In this document: piece after piece, positions 13,670-28,554 of the stretch
Numbering within the stretch: the first letter of the stretch is position 1
Layout of the letters: every line of letters starts with the position of its first letter
Assembly (NCBI GenBank): GCA_964016885.1
Contig: OZ024742.1
Location: forward strand, 153,450,001-153,514,000
Source of the DNA: Eledone cirrhosa
Lineage: Eukaryota
Direction: 5' to 3'
Length of the DNA: 64,000 nucleotides
Translations under genes and position numbers: made by a program
Notes under the pieces: model-generated
Told to the model about the DNA's origin: nothing
The model's database searches: none
Seen by the model: the letters and a program-made list of their open reading frames with translations, nothing else

Positions 13670-16600
13670 GGACGTACTATAGTGAGCTCGTAAGTTTGTT
13701 TTTTCTACGGTTTGAAATACGTTTCTCATTAATATTTTTGTTTCAAACGGGAAATAAGACTTTAGTCTTCGCTCCCAAGAAAGGACTCCCCATAATATTT
13801 GGGCCTTTGGCCCAAATATTTAAACTTTGTGTGTTTAAAAGAAAGCATTTATGGTGGAGTCACGCCGCCAAGTTTGAGTTTACTGTCTTGCGACAGCGAG
13901 TCAATCGTTGAGGCTAATAACGCTGCCCGTCCCGCAACAATTTTAAATGTAACAACACATCAGACAATATCACCAACACCAGCACCAACAACAATGAGAA
14001 CACTAATATAAATAAAAATGACAGCAGCCACACCAGCGATATTACCAAAAACAGTAAAAATAAAAGCAGTCGTGAACAAGAATGACAACAGCAGCAGCAA
14101 CAACGACTGCAAAACCAACAACAACTGCAATAATGACAACAACACCAACAACAGAAAGAACGTCAACAAAGACAACAATATCAACAACAGTGACAATCAC
14201 AACAAAAGCAAAAACATCGATATCAACGAAATCAACAACGAAATTAACACTACTAACCAGAACATAAACAGCGACAGTACAAACAGCAACAATACCAACT
14301 GCCCCAAAAACAACAACAACGGCGGCACCAAAGGCAACAAGGATAACAGCAACAACACCAACAAGAACAAGAACAACAACACCACCAACGACAACAAGAA
14401 ACAAACTTTAGCTGCGGCAGCAGCCAAAATGAGGCCATACTTCAGCATGGACCTCTCGAACAGAGTTGAAAAGTTGACCCAGGCCTGGAAGCTCAACAAG
14501 TAAGAGCAAACCTGGGCCAACTTAACTGTGCCGGTAGAAGCTATTGAAGCAGCGGAGCACAGAACGGTGCATTACAGATGTATCTCAGCAGAAACCAAGT
14601 GGGCCGCTTTAATTCCACCAGCAGATGTCGAAGTCGCGCTGAGGTGCATCAGGGATGACACTGAATACATGGGGAGGGGCAGACAATACGGCACCATTTC
14701 GGTGCTGTTTAAATCAGAAGCCCTCACTATGAAACATACTATGACACCTTGCAAAAGCAGCAAGGTCGTAATGTACCCCCCCCCCCCCCCTCACACACAC
14801 ACACACACACATGCGAAAAAGAACGGCCCGTCTTCGCATTCCCAGAATTCCACCAGGACTTGACATGTGATGGCTTCTGGGATGTGTGATTGTGGAGTGG
14901 ACAGATACAGAACTGACAGAGGAGGACTGGTCCGGGGTTGACCTGGAGATACTTCTCCAGATCAGGCCGGAGAATGCCAAAATATCCCGAAACACATCCG
15001 CCGTCTTCAGAATGGGACGGTCATACACATTATGACTGGGGGCAAAAAGCCACATTCTTTCGTTTGTGGGGAAAGAAAACGAATTGCGAGCCTTCTGCCC
15101 TCAACTGCTGAAAGATGCAAGGGATCAAAGGGCTCCACTGGTGCCAACGCAGGGCCAGGACCACAACCAACACCAGCACCGGCAAATCACCAGCAACAAC
15201 ACCAATAGAAAGGCCACCACCAACATTGAACACCCAGGGGGGAAACCAGGAAAGTTGGCAAATGCCCCCTCCCCCCAAAAAATTCACACATCAATAAGAA
15301 CATAGACACACACAGAGACACACTTACAGACACAGACTCTTCATCTACCAGTAGTGAAGATGAGGGAAAACCCAAATCCCCCAAAATACAAAAAAGGAAA
15401 CAGAAAAAAAACTCACCAAAGCACAAAAACACCCACAATAAAAGATGCAGACACCACCCACGCAAACATCTCCACAACAACACCAACATCAACACCACCA
15501 TCACCATCACCAGAATACCCCAAACGCAAATAATCTAAACAGACGCAAGAACAAATACACACACAAACATCTGAAACCACAGACACGGCACTCACAACAA
15601 ACAGAGACACAACCAAAACAACACCATCAAAACCATCACCACCACAGCCACGCAAACAAATAAAATCGCACCAACAAAACATACAAAACTTTGTGCTCGT
15701 CAGGAGGTCCAACAAGGAACTGATAGTCCTCATAGCACGAAGTGAAGAAATACAAAAAAGAGGGGGGAATATTCTAATCGAGCACATTTCGCATGCCGGA
15801 AGATTTGTTTCTGGTGCGAATGTCGCTTGATTTATACAAAGAGATACGAGACAGCTTTCTTCGGGACGTGGGAACCCCGAACGTAAAAACCACTTCAAGA
15901 CTTTTTAAGGGATTCCCAAAAGAATCCCCACCAACTATGGAAGTCGAATCACCCGGCCTTCACAAGAGCCCGAAAGGTAAGTAAACCTGTCCTCTCCCTT
16001 TTAGCATGCCAACATGGCTGTATTAAGAATAGGAAGTTTAAATGTTCGAGGCCTGGGACAGTCCTGGAAGCAAGGTCACCTGCTGAACGACATCAGGTCT
16101 CTAGAAATGGATGTCATTGCCGTCAGCGAGACCAGAATTTCTGACACGCGCGCACTAGCCCCCATTTTCGACGACTATCAGATCTTCGCATATGTTAGTC
16201 GGCTAATGGGAGGTGGGTGGTAGTGCTGTTTAGGGAAGGCCTGGATCTCGAGGTAAGTTGCTGGTCCTGGGCGTGAACAATAACGAAGCTGGTGCCTTTA
16301 GACTGGTGGCGTCTACGCCCCTACTCAGGCGGGACGGCTGGACTTCTTTAGAAGCCTGGAAGCGTTTCTGGGTACGTATCGCCCTTTACTGTTAACGGGG
16401 GAATGGAACCGCATTTTAGACGCACGCTGGGACTGTGTAGGAGTATCCGATAGGAGCGGGGGGTGCAAAAGCCTCAAGTACCTGATCTGCCATTTCCATC
16501 TGTCTGACAGGTGCCGACTAGATTTCTCTAATGCGCCAGTGTGGACCTGGAACAAACGCATATGGTCATCTAGATCGTATATAGTCACGATATTCATCAG

Positions 16601-18920
16601 GAGCATAGACAGAAATAGTGTAAGCTGTCCACATTTAAAACAGTCGCCTATTCAGATCACAAGTTTGTGATCTGTATGGTCGACCTAGATAAGACGTGTA
16701 GGTTAGGACCTGGTTACTGGAAGCTGAACATGTTATTTACGGCACGTAAGGCTTACAGGACCGGGTCAACAATTTAGTTAGGAGAAAGTTGACAGTGGAA
16801 GTCGTCAACAATAGATGGTGGTGGTGGTGTGTGTGTGTGGGGGGGGGGGGGCTCTCAAAAGAGAGATGAGAGTAATGTCAATAGAATTTAGCAAAGAAGT
16901 AGCGTTAGAGAAAAACAGAAAGGATGGTGAGCTGGTAGATAAGTTAGACGAGGCTATTTGTAGTGACGTTGCAACTGGCGTGCTAGCGGCAGAATGGCAT
17001 TAATCATTTCTTCAATGCGAAACACGAAGATTGCATTGTCATAGCTAAGGAACGTGCTCTGAGAAACGAGGGAACCAAATTTATTCGATGGCCCGCGTGG
17101 CAGAGGCGCAGCGTGGTAATAAAGCCAGCTGAAAGATTCCAAGCGGATTTGTGAGGCCTTTCGCCAACATTTTGCTCGGTTTTTTCGGGGGAAGTGGCGA
17201 GGCAGAAATGGTAGCGGACTTCAGTCCCTACCTCGGAGGCTTGCCGCAACTCTCGATGGTCGACGCTGAGCGCTGCGAAAGGCCGATTACTTTAGCCGAG
17301 ATTCATGAAGCCCTTGTCCTGTGCATGAGGCGCAAGTCACCCGGTTTGTATGGTCTGCCCTACGAGCTTTACGTAAATATGCCAGACTTGTTCTCCGATC
17401 TCCTCGAAGCGCTCTACTGCAACTGGCAGCAGAACGGGAGTATTCCCAGTTCTCTGAGCCGGGGGGTAGTGACGCTGATATGCAAAGACGAGAACAAGTG
17501 GGACACATTAGACAATTTCAGGCTCAACACAGAGTTTAACATTTTGACCAAGGTGTTAGCGAAGAGGGTGGCGTTTGTCAGCAGGGATTTGGTTGGGGAG
17601 GCGCAAACTTGCGCAATCCCAACCAGGACTTTACACGACAACCTACACCTGAGGCGATACATCATAGAGAGGGTAGGGCTAAACCTGGCTTCAGTTGGGC
17701 TCTGATCAATTTAGACCAATCGAAAATATTCGATAGGGGCCACCATCGATACATGGAGGCTGTCCTCAAGGCGGCTGGCTTCGGTCCCGTCTTCAGAAGC
17801 TGGATCGCAGCAATGCACAGCGGCATCTGCTCAGTGGTCAAAGTTAATGGCCACCTCTCGGAACCATTTCAGATCTCCCGATCGGTCCGTTAAGGGTGTC
17901 CTCTCTCCTCCCTTATGTACGTATTGACTCTGGGGACTTTACTGCGGAAACAAGAATAGACCAAGACTAGGTGACTGGCATCTGGCATGCTGCGATGCAC
18001 TTACTGCCCTCTAGCAGGCGGGCAATGCGGTAAGTGGAACTTAAACACCCGAGTTCTATAGAGGATTAGTGGTGGGTAAGTGCGACGACGCACACTGAGA
18101 GACTCTGGGCGTCGACGAAGTCGAACTAACCAGTCTGTTCCAGAGGACTTTCGAGCCGGGGACGAAGGATAATTTCCAAAAATACCTCGCTTACTAGTGC
18201 TGCGGTGGAGCGCTGCCGGTTCGAGATAAACTCTACAGGCACGGAAGTGCTGTCAGACGGACTGGTCCGAGATACGAGCAGTGCGACAAAACCGTTCTAC
18301 ACGCACTCGTGCAGTGTCCGTGCATTACTAACTTGTGAAGTTATATCGAACAGCTGTTGTTGCGTGTAAAAAGGAACTGGCTATCGGCCGAGTACATAAT
18401 GAAGATCGATCCGCCGACTTCTTTTGGCCAGGAAGGGCAGGCAATTTTACTCTGTCTGGTGGCAGTAGCGAAAGAGGTTATATGGTTGAAAGGACTAAAG
18501 ACAGACACTTTTCTCCTCGGCCAGTCCCTCATCAACTTGGAGAGGAAGGTGAGGGTGGAGAGAGATGTGCTGCCCCCCAGTACATTTACTGAAAGGTTGG
18601 TGATCGTGGCGAGAATGGCCCGTGTGAGTGGGCCTACTCTGATCATGGGCCTGTAGGTGGGTGAATTTGAGGAGGAGAGAGGTGCCCTTCCCGGGTGCTC
18701 TTGAAGCGTCGGGTCGTTCAGGATTGGTGGGGTACATGAGTGAATCCTGGGTGGGTATCCCACCCCCCATTTGGGGAATTTTTCTTGTATTTTTCTTGTT
18801 ATTTTGTTATTGTAATTATTGTTTACACGTTGTATATTTAAACCCCCACTGTCACAGTCCTTTGTATTATCCCTAATATGTCGGCCCTTGTGGCCAATAA
18901 ATGAAATCATTATCATTATT
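13670..18920 (+). mobile_element. Near full-length but decayed Tx1/L1-like LINE (ORF1 about 14018-15984; ORF2 APE-RT about 16007-18656)
   Basis: APE start IGSLNVRGL..DVIAVSETR; RT motifs KSPGLYGLPYELY, LNTEFNILTKVLAKR, LDQSKIFDR, RSVR*GCPLS. Frameshifts and stops; aataaa plus (ATT) tail. Confidence 0.9.
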
Positions 18921-18944
18921 TGTTGTTGCTGTTGTTTCTTTGCT

Positions 18945-19445
18945 AAGCTTCTAACGCTGGATATGTATTACAGTGTTAGCTGTTCACTTCCAGAGAACTG
19001 AGGTAACATCCTGTAATTTTCCCTCCGGTGTATTCGAGCTGATCCAAGTATAGTTGTTTTTGTAAGTGCTTCCATCTGTATTGCAATCCCTATTTGTTTA
19101 CGATGAAAGTGCCACAGGACCTTTGATCCATCATTATCGATAACGCCTTCAGTTGTATGCTCTTACCACTTTTCTACTGTCAAGTGTATATTTGCCACAA
19201 AGTGCCCACTGGTGTATCTTACACTGTTATCCTGACGGCTCTTATAATCTTTCTGGGCTAGTGGGGTGTATTGCTTTGTAATATTCCATACAGTATTTAC
19301 GTTATTGCCACACATTCTACACTTATCACTTTCTGTGGCGTTGTCTCCTCTATGTTTGATTTAGTTAGGTCCCAGCACCTGTGCTTGAACAGAACAGACC
19401 CAGGCCTCTCGTTCCAGCCCCAGACAACATCCTTCCACCCCTACT
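18945..19445 (-). pseudogene. R4/Dong LINE C-terminal (Zn-knuckle) fragment
   Basis: Minus-strand DKCRMCGNNVNTVWNI..PLAQKDYKSRQDN resembles CRxC..ET..HI..C..LA..YK.RHD. Confidence 0.65.
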
Positions 19446-19449
19446 CATC

Positions 19450-19880
19450 TTTTGGTAGAATGAGTAGTGCGTCGGACAATATGCTTAGCGGTGTAGAGTT
19501 ACCACCCTTTACATGTTGAGTTCAAATCCCGTCGAGGTTAACTGTGCCTTTCATCCTTACGGGGTCGATAAATAACGCACTGTGGTCGATTTAATCGACT
19601 TTCCCCTCCTCCAAAATTGCTGGCCTTGTGCCTATATAAGAAACCATTATTATCGGTGGATTGGCAGTATCGGTAGAGTGTCGGACGCCATGCTTTGCAT
19701 AGAGCATAGAGTTACGGCTCTTTATGATTTGATCTCAAATCCCGCTGAGGTTAACTTTGCCTTTCATCCTTATGGGGTCGATAAAATAAAGTACCAATCA
19801 CGCACTGGGGTCGATTTAATCGACTTTCCCCTCCCCCCAAATTACTGGCGTTGTGCCTATATAAGAAACCATTATTATAA
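19450..19880 (+). mobile_element. Two tandem tRNA-type SINEs
   Basis: Two copies of about 210 bp: ggtaga..gtcggac..gagttcaaatccc..cctttcatcctta.ggggtcgataaa..ggccttgtgcctatataagaaaccattattat. Confidence 0.85.
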
Positions 19881-20152
19881 ATGAAAAATATTGGAAATAA
19901 CAATTAGCTACAGACATCTTTAAAAATCGTATCAAGTCACACAAACACATTATAGTATAATCCTGTAAAATTAAGAATTTTAGCATCATGTTCTACTACA
20001 GTGAATACGCAGAACGCAGTCGATACCAATATCAGTTAAGATCTTCTCTACGGTCCACTCTGAGTAGAACCGAAGCTTTCCGACTACATGTAATACATAC
20101 ACACACACACACACACACACTCACACACACACACACACACACACACATACAT

Positions 20153-20238
<86 letters not shown>

Positions 20239-20243
20239 TATAT

Positions 20244-20590
20244 AAACGTGGTTCTGTCTTTGCGCGTAATTGTTTTTCACCGCTCCTATTAATGACGTAT
20301 TATTCGTTTTTTCACGTTCTTTGCCAGCGAACGTTCCACGAACCAAAGTATCGCCTTCCTGTCTTCCTCCGGTTGCAACGTTTTTTGAAATATCCAGTTC
20401 TGCGTTTACAGATTGACTTTGTTAGTTTCAGAAGATCCCGTTAAGGGTGAAAGCAGCGATTCCTTGCTTAAACTTTAATCTGTTATTTTAATAAATATTT
20501 GCTCTACTGTTCTTATATATTTGATATATATTTATCCTTATCGAGCCCTCTTTGGATTTTAATCTTCAATGTTATTATTATTACTATATA
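20244..20590 (+). mobile_element. PLE-tail-like repeat with a variant hammerhead (20424-20474)
   Basis: agttt-CAGAAGA-t-ccc(gttaa)ggg-t-GAAA-gca..tgc-TT^-aaact. Near-identical copy at 47230-47480; its 3' end appears inverted at 46650, 47918 and 55065. Confidence 0.65.
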
Positions 20591-20630
20591 TATATGTATT
20601 TATATATATAATATATATGTATATATATAT

Positions 20631-20661
<31 letters not shown>

Positions 20662-21789
20662 TTTTATATATCTTTTATCGTTTCCTCTATATTTCCTTCT
20701 TCCCCCTCTCCCTTCCTAGTCCTTCCACCCCAGATCTCCTCCTTTGTCGTCGTTCTTTTCACCTTCTCGCCCACCCCGATGCAGCCATTCGGTCCTCTGT
20801 AGCTCCAGTACACCCACCCCCTTATGTTATGATAGAATTGGCCGATTCCGCTTTTTATAGCAGATGTGCAAGACCCCAGATACATGCTTTCTTCTCTGAT
20901 TGCTGCTCCATTTCCGTGATTTCTAGATTTCTTAGTGGTATCTCTGCTTTAGTTTCTTGTATATCAGTATTTATTTTTTTGGGGATTCTGAATTAATCTT
21001 TCGTATTAGTTTTTCATATATATCGTACGAGTATTTATGTATATTGGATTAGAATTTATGTATTGTAGCAGTACTTACATATATTGTATTAGTTTTTTTA
21101 ATATTTATTGTATTAGTATTTATGTAGTTTGTAATATAATTTATGTATTGTAGCAGTACTTATATATATGGTATTAGTATTCATGTTTCGGGATTCTGAA
21201 TTATTATTTCGTATTAGGATTTTTAGAATTTTGGCCCCCTATTTGTTGACCTGTCATTGTAAGAAGATTTGGCCGATTACTACTAACTCATGAATTTCTG
21301 TCACTACAATCTCGTATTTAGTATTCCGTCCCACCTATTAAACATTTCTATAGCTTATCAGTACCAGTGAGAGATTTGATAATTGTGGAAGGGGACTTGA
21401 AACCACAAATTGTTTTTTTTATATTTTTTATATTTTTTATATTTTCTATATATTTACTCCATATAGACTTACTTATTGTTTCAAATTCCTCCCCCTCCCC
21501 TTCTCTAGTATACTTTTTTCAACCTTCTGTTCTTAGAATCTGCTGTAGTTGTCACTTTCAACGCTTGACTGAGTTTCCTACACTCTCAGTCCCTCTTTCT
21601 TCTACTGGCAAGTCAGCTACCCCTACCTTCCACTTAATGCCATGATAGAATCATGTGTCTCAACAACAAACTTTTGACTAATCCTTGTGACAATCACTTT
21701 AACATACATGGAATTACCTCCCTGAGAAGTTCGGCTATTCATTTACCAGGATAAACATTTTCATTTAGTCCAGAATTAGCCGTCGAATG

Positions 21790-21921
<132 letters not shown>

Positions 21922-21987
21922 AATATATAAATATATAAGTAGATATATATATATATATTATATATATATATACTTATATATATATAT

Positions 21988-22017
<30 letters not shown>

Positions 22018-22019
<2 letters not shown>

Positions 22020-23112
22020 TGTTATACTTTGGGAGGGTCATGTTGCCAATAAGAAACACACGCACCAGTTACTTTCACTTCAATTTATTATAATAAATTT
22101 ATAATAAATATATAAATTTATAAATTTCTGGTTGGTTGGTTGGTTCCACAACCAGATAGTTGTTTATATATAGTCATAGTTATTTCGTCACACACTCTGT
22201 GACCTCTTCAGTGACTGGGGATTCCTTTCTTTGTTTCTGTGCCTCTCCTTTGTTCTGCCCTACGCCATTTTGTTTCTCTGTGTGTGGTGTGTGCTCAGTC
22301 TGCGCATGCGCCACATCCGGGTGTCTGTGTGTGTTTATGTTCATTTATTTATTTGTTTATTTATAGGTTACTGGTTGGTTGTTTGTTCTATGTGTGTGTG
22401 TGTTTTCATTTTGTCCTTAATTGTAAGTTGTGATGTTGCTGTTCCACTCATATTTTCTATTTAATTTTGGTTGTAATTCTTTTATGTTTATTGCCTCTGT
22501 AATTTGTCTAAACATTGCGTCTTTTCTGTGTGTAGATTCTATTTTTATTTCTATGTTCTCTAATTTACCCTTGTGTTCTATTTTAGCATGTTGGTAGAGT
22601 ACAGATGATTCTTTACTATCTTGAAGGTCTCGCCAGTGTTCATTTATCCGTTCCCCTACACTACGAGCTGTCTCACCTATGTACACTATATTTTTGTCTC
22701 TACATTGTCCTTCAGTACATCTTATGCTATACTCTACATTTCTAGTGTTACAGTTAATATGGGGGCTTATTTTACAGGTTTTACATTTCTTATCTATACA
22801 TGAGAGTCTTTGAAAAGGGTATGTCTTGTTTTTACGGAGGTACCTGGTCTTTCTACTATCTTTAATATTGAGTTTATGTTTATTTAGGGCCCTTCTAAAT
22901 TTGTAAGCTAATTAACCTCTAGGGGTTGTATCGATGAACATTACACTATGGTATTTATTGCTGTCATACCATGAGTTTATTCTATTAGCCTTGTTCCTAG
23001 TTCTTTCTATTCTATTCCAAAAGTTGCTCCTATACAAGGGGCAGGTCCCATTTATGTCATTATTTACCATTTTTTCCCATTTAGTTCTGGCTCCTCTATA
23101 CACTCTGATTTC
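22018..23112 (-). mobile_element. 5'-truncated Penelope-like element (RT linker, GIY-YIG, pLTR)
   Basis: NVEYSIRC..YIGETARSVGERINEH..RQITEAINIKELQPKLNRK. Hammerhead at 22172-22216. Confidence 0.9.
22172..22216 (-). ncRNA. Type I hammerhead in a PLE pLTR
   Basis: agtca-CTGAAGA-g-gtcac(agagtgt)gtgac-GAAA-taac-TA^-tgact. Confidence 0.8.
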
Positions 23113-23784
23113 ATATATATATATATATATGTACAATAAATCAAAAACGCCTACATACTCATACAATTTGTATTTGCTAACAATGATTCATCCATACCAT
23201 TGCGCAGCAATCATCAGAGCTTAAAAATAAAATTACTATGCTAAGTATAGGCTCTACCGAGCTTCGTCACATGAACATTAGAAATACAATAGAGGGCAAT
23301 CAGAGGGAGATCGGAAATGGCGAGTATTGAGAGAGTGCATAATGGGTTGTTATTCTGCACTATCGCTAAATGTAATTGTAGAGGCAGATTTTTTTTAAGA
23401 TGCAGAAGCACGTGAGGGAACGCAAAAGCAACAAATATAAAAAATACTTAAGATATATAATGATAAAGTAAAAGGAAAATAATAATATAAAGAGAGAAAA
23501 AAAGTTTGTTTAAGAAAAAATAAGTATAAGATATGATTTAGTTCTCCATAACTTAGAGTTATAGAAATACTATAAGGCTCCCTACGTACCTTCATAAATC
23601 CCAATTATGTTAACCATGGGTGCTATACCTGTATATATACATGCACCACATAAATAAATACAGGCCAAACACAAGCAACATATATATATGTATATATATT
23701 GACTATCCGGGAACCTCCAACCGACATGGTCGCATTATTTAAGGGTATGTCAATATATGTTTATAAAACTGATCTATATTATAC

Positions 23785-23845
23785 TTTATCTGATGAAAGC
23801 GCGCCATAATTTGCTGTGGTATCCTTGAAATATATATAATGAAAT
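23785..23845 (+). ncRNA. Diverged hammerhead of the 62.5-kb family
   Basis: tttat-CTGATGA-..ccata..tgtggtatcct-t-GAAA-tatatata-atgaa; flanks match 62733-62835. Confidence 0.6.
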
Positions 23846-23989
23846 AAATATGGCTTTATAAATATAGTTTCGATTTGTTAATATATTATATATATACATA
23901 TATGTAATATATACATATATGTAATATATACAGCATTGACGAAGCTTTAGAATACGGCCAAGCAAGCGGACAGACATATATATATTATA

Positions 23990-25204
<1,215 letters not shown>

Positions 25205-25205
<1 letters not shown>

Positions 25206-26710
25206 CTGGAAAGCATCCAGCAAATAGCTAACTCCATCCACCAGAGTATTAGATTTAATATAGACTACCCAAGCAAATACCCCAACCATCGATTACCTGT
25301 ACTAGACACAAAACTCGGGTTAGATACTATCAATAACAAAAAACAGATCCTCCATTCCCATATGCCAAACCCATGACTTCCAAATATCTGATCCACCGAA
25401 ATCAGCTGTTTCGGACCACACCAAAATCAACATACTGATTGCCGATTTGGTACGGGTGATGAGAAACGTGTCCCGCATGTGCAACCCCCAAAACTAGAGA
25501 GACACATATAACACTTCATCCACCGTATGCAGTTCTCTGGTTACAATCAGAGTGATAAGATCAGAGTATATAGAGGAGCCTAAACAAAATGTGAAAAATG
25601 GTAAATAATGATACAAATGGGATCTGCACCTTGTATAGGAGCAAATTTTGGTATAGAATAGAAAGAACTAGGAATAAGTTAATAGAATAAACTCATGGTA
25701 TGATAGCAATAAATACCATAGTGTAATGTTCATCAATACAACCCTAGAGGTGAATTAGCTTACAAATACAGAAGGGCCCTAGATAAACATAGACTCAATA
25801 TTAAGATAGCAGAAAACCAGGTACCTCCATAATAACACTTATTAGAAATACATACCCTTTTCAAAGACCTCCCTGTATAAATAAGAAATGTATAATCTGT
25901 AAACTAAGCCCCCATATTAACTGTAAAACTAGAAATGTAGTATATAGCATAAGATGTACTCAAGGACAATGAAGAGATAAGAATATAGTGTACATAGGTG
26001 AGACAGCTCGTAGTATAGGAGAACGGATAGATGAACAGTGACGAGAGCTTCAAGATAGTAAAGAATCATCTGTACTCTACCAAGATGCTAAAATAGTACA
26101 TAAGGGTAAATTAAAGAACATAGAAATAAAAATAGAATCTACACACAGAAAGCCGCAATGTTTAGACAAATCACAATGGCCACAAACATAAACGAACACC
26201 AATCAAATTTAAATAGAAAGCATGAATGGAATAGTAACATCACAACTTACAATTAAGGACAAAATGAAAACACACACAAACATAGAACAAACAACCAACC
26301 AGTAACATGTAAATAAACAAGTAAATAAACAAATATAAACACACACATACACCCGGATGTAACACATGCGCAAACTAAGCACACCATACACACAAAAACA
26401 AGATGGCGTAGGACAGAATAAAGGAGAGGCACAAAAACAAAGAAAATAATCCCCAGTCACTGAAGATGTCACAGAATGTGTGACGAAAGAGCTTTGGCAA
26501 TATATGAACAATCGTCTGGTTGTGAACCAACCAACCAACCGGAAATTTATGTATTCCTAAATTTATAAATTTAATTTGTAATAGATTGAAGTGAATGCAG
26601 CTGGTGCATGTGTTTCTTATTGGCAACATGACCCTCCCAAAGTATAACAATATCGGTTTCAACACACATTTTCAGATAAAGTATCTTGCTAAACACATTC
26701 AGAAACGACA
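25205..26710 (+). mobile_element. 5'-truncated decayed PLE (RT thumb, GIY-YIG, pLTR with HHR 26455-26499); inverted relative of 22018-23112
   Basis: LPVLDTKL..INILIADLVRVMRNVS..MQFSGY..YIGETARSIGERIDE; tail is the reverse complement of 22018-22420. Confidence 0.88.
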
Positions 26711-26717
26711 TATATAT

Positions 26718-26751
<34 letters not shown>

Positions 26752-27150
26752 TGGAATAAATGCTCTGAAATAGCGATGTATATGTGAATATAGACATAGA
26801 ATATTCGAAAATATTCTGTATGTTTATAATAAACATTTTGAAGACCCTGAAGATTTCTAACAAGAATGAAACGCGTAGATTACTTCCCTTGCTTTTATCG
26901 AGAATCTAATTGTAATACGTGACGTATTCTATTCTATAGCGATTGGGTCTTCAAAATGTTTATTATAAACATACAGAATATTTTCGAATATTCTATGTCT
27001 ATATTCACATATACATCGCTATTTCAGAGCATTTATTCCAATTTCTAATTTCTGCCGGACCGGCAACCGCTCTTTCAAACCAGTTCCTGTACACAGCTAA
27101 GTATTCTATAAGTCTCTAGCTGTGTCATTCTCGATAAAAGCACTGGATAT

Positions 27151-27193
27151 GTAGTCCTGAAGATTTCTAACAAGAATGAAACGCGTAGATTAC
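27151..27193 (+). ncRNA. Minimal type I hammerhead ribozyme
   Basis: gtagtc-CTGAAGA-t-ttct(aaca)agaa-t-GAAA-CGCGTA^-gattac. Stem I extended by the 16-bp pair attctcgataaaagca/tgcttttatcgagaat. Confidence 0.93.
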
Positions 27194-27460
27194 TTCCCTT
27201 GCTTTTATCGAGAATCTAATTGTAATACGTGACGTATTCTATTCTATAGCGATTGGGTCTTCAAAATGTTTATTATAAACATACAGAATATTTTCGAATA
27301 TTCTATGTCTATATTCACATATACATCGCTATTTCAGAGCATTTATTCCAATTTCTAATTTCTGCCGGACCGGCAACCGCTCTTTCAAACCAGTTCCTGT
27401 ACACAGCTAAGTATTCTATAAGTCTCTAGCTGTGTCATTCTCGATAAAAGCACTGGATAT

Positions 27461-27503
27461 GTAGTCCTGAAGATTTCTAACAAGAATGAAACGCGTAGAT
27501 TAC
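27461..27503 (+). ncRNA. Minimal type I hammerhead ribozyme
   Basis: Identical core 310 bp downstream. Confidence 0.93.
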
Positions 27504-27770
27504 TTCCCTTGCTTTTATCGTGAATCTAATTGTAATACGTGACGTATTCTATTCTATAGCGATTGGGTCTTCAAAATGTTTATTATAAACATACAGAATA
27601 TTTTTGAATATTCTATGTCTATATTCACATATACATCGCTATTTCAGAGCATTTATTCCAATTTCTAATTTCTGCCGGACCGGCAACCGCTCTTTCAAAC
27701 CAGTTCCTGTACACAGCTAAGTATTCTATAAGTCTCTAGCTGTGTCATTCTCGATAAAAGCACTGGATAT

Positions 27771-27813
27771 GTAGTCCTGAAGATTTCTAACAAGAATGAA
27801 ACGCGTAGATTAC
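27771..27813 (+). ncRNA. Minimal type I hammerhead ribozyme
   Basis: Identical core 620 bp downstream of 27151. Confidence 0.93.
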
Positions 27814-27935
27814 TTCCCTTGCTTTTATCGAGAATCTAATTGTAATACGTGACGTATTCTATTCTATAGCGATTGGGTCTTCAAAATGTTTATTATAAAC
27901 ATACAGAATATTTTCGAATATTCTATGTCTATATT

Positions 27936-27970
<35 letters not shown>

Positions 27971-28031
27971 CGGCGATGAATTAGTTTTGCGAGGTTTTTT
28001 ATATGAAATCGTGTGTCGAAACAGATATTGT

Positions 28032-28289
<258 letters not shown>

Positions 28290-28307
28290 TACATATATAT
28301 GTATATA

Positions 28308-28350
<43 letters not shown>

Positions 28351-28400
28351 TACATTTATATGTATAGAAATCTTATATGTACATCTATATATATATATAT

Positions 28401-28471
<71 letters not shown>

Positions 28472-28515
28472 CATATATATGTATATATATATATTATATA
28501 TATATATATATACAC

Positions 28516-28554
<39 letters not shown>

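Larger units (their letters stand above)
26751..27940 (+). mobile_element. Retrozyme-like tandem array: 310-bp unit, about 3.5 copies, with a 96-bp inverted 5' arm
   Basis: CTGAAGA cores at 26847, 27157, 27467 and 27777. 26751-26846 is the reverse complement of about 26945-27041. (TA)n flanks; no ORF. Confidence 0.92.

Noticed and set aside
11660-19445. One R4/Dong element split by the Tx1 insertions
   Set aside because: On the minus strand the Zn-knuckle piece precedes the RT piece, so they are not colinear.
26846-27940. CRISPR-like or plain satellite reading of the 310-bp array
   Set aside because: No unique spacers and no cas genes, in a eukaryotic context; whole units are repeated and contain ribozymes.
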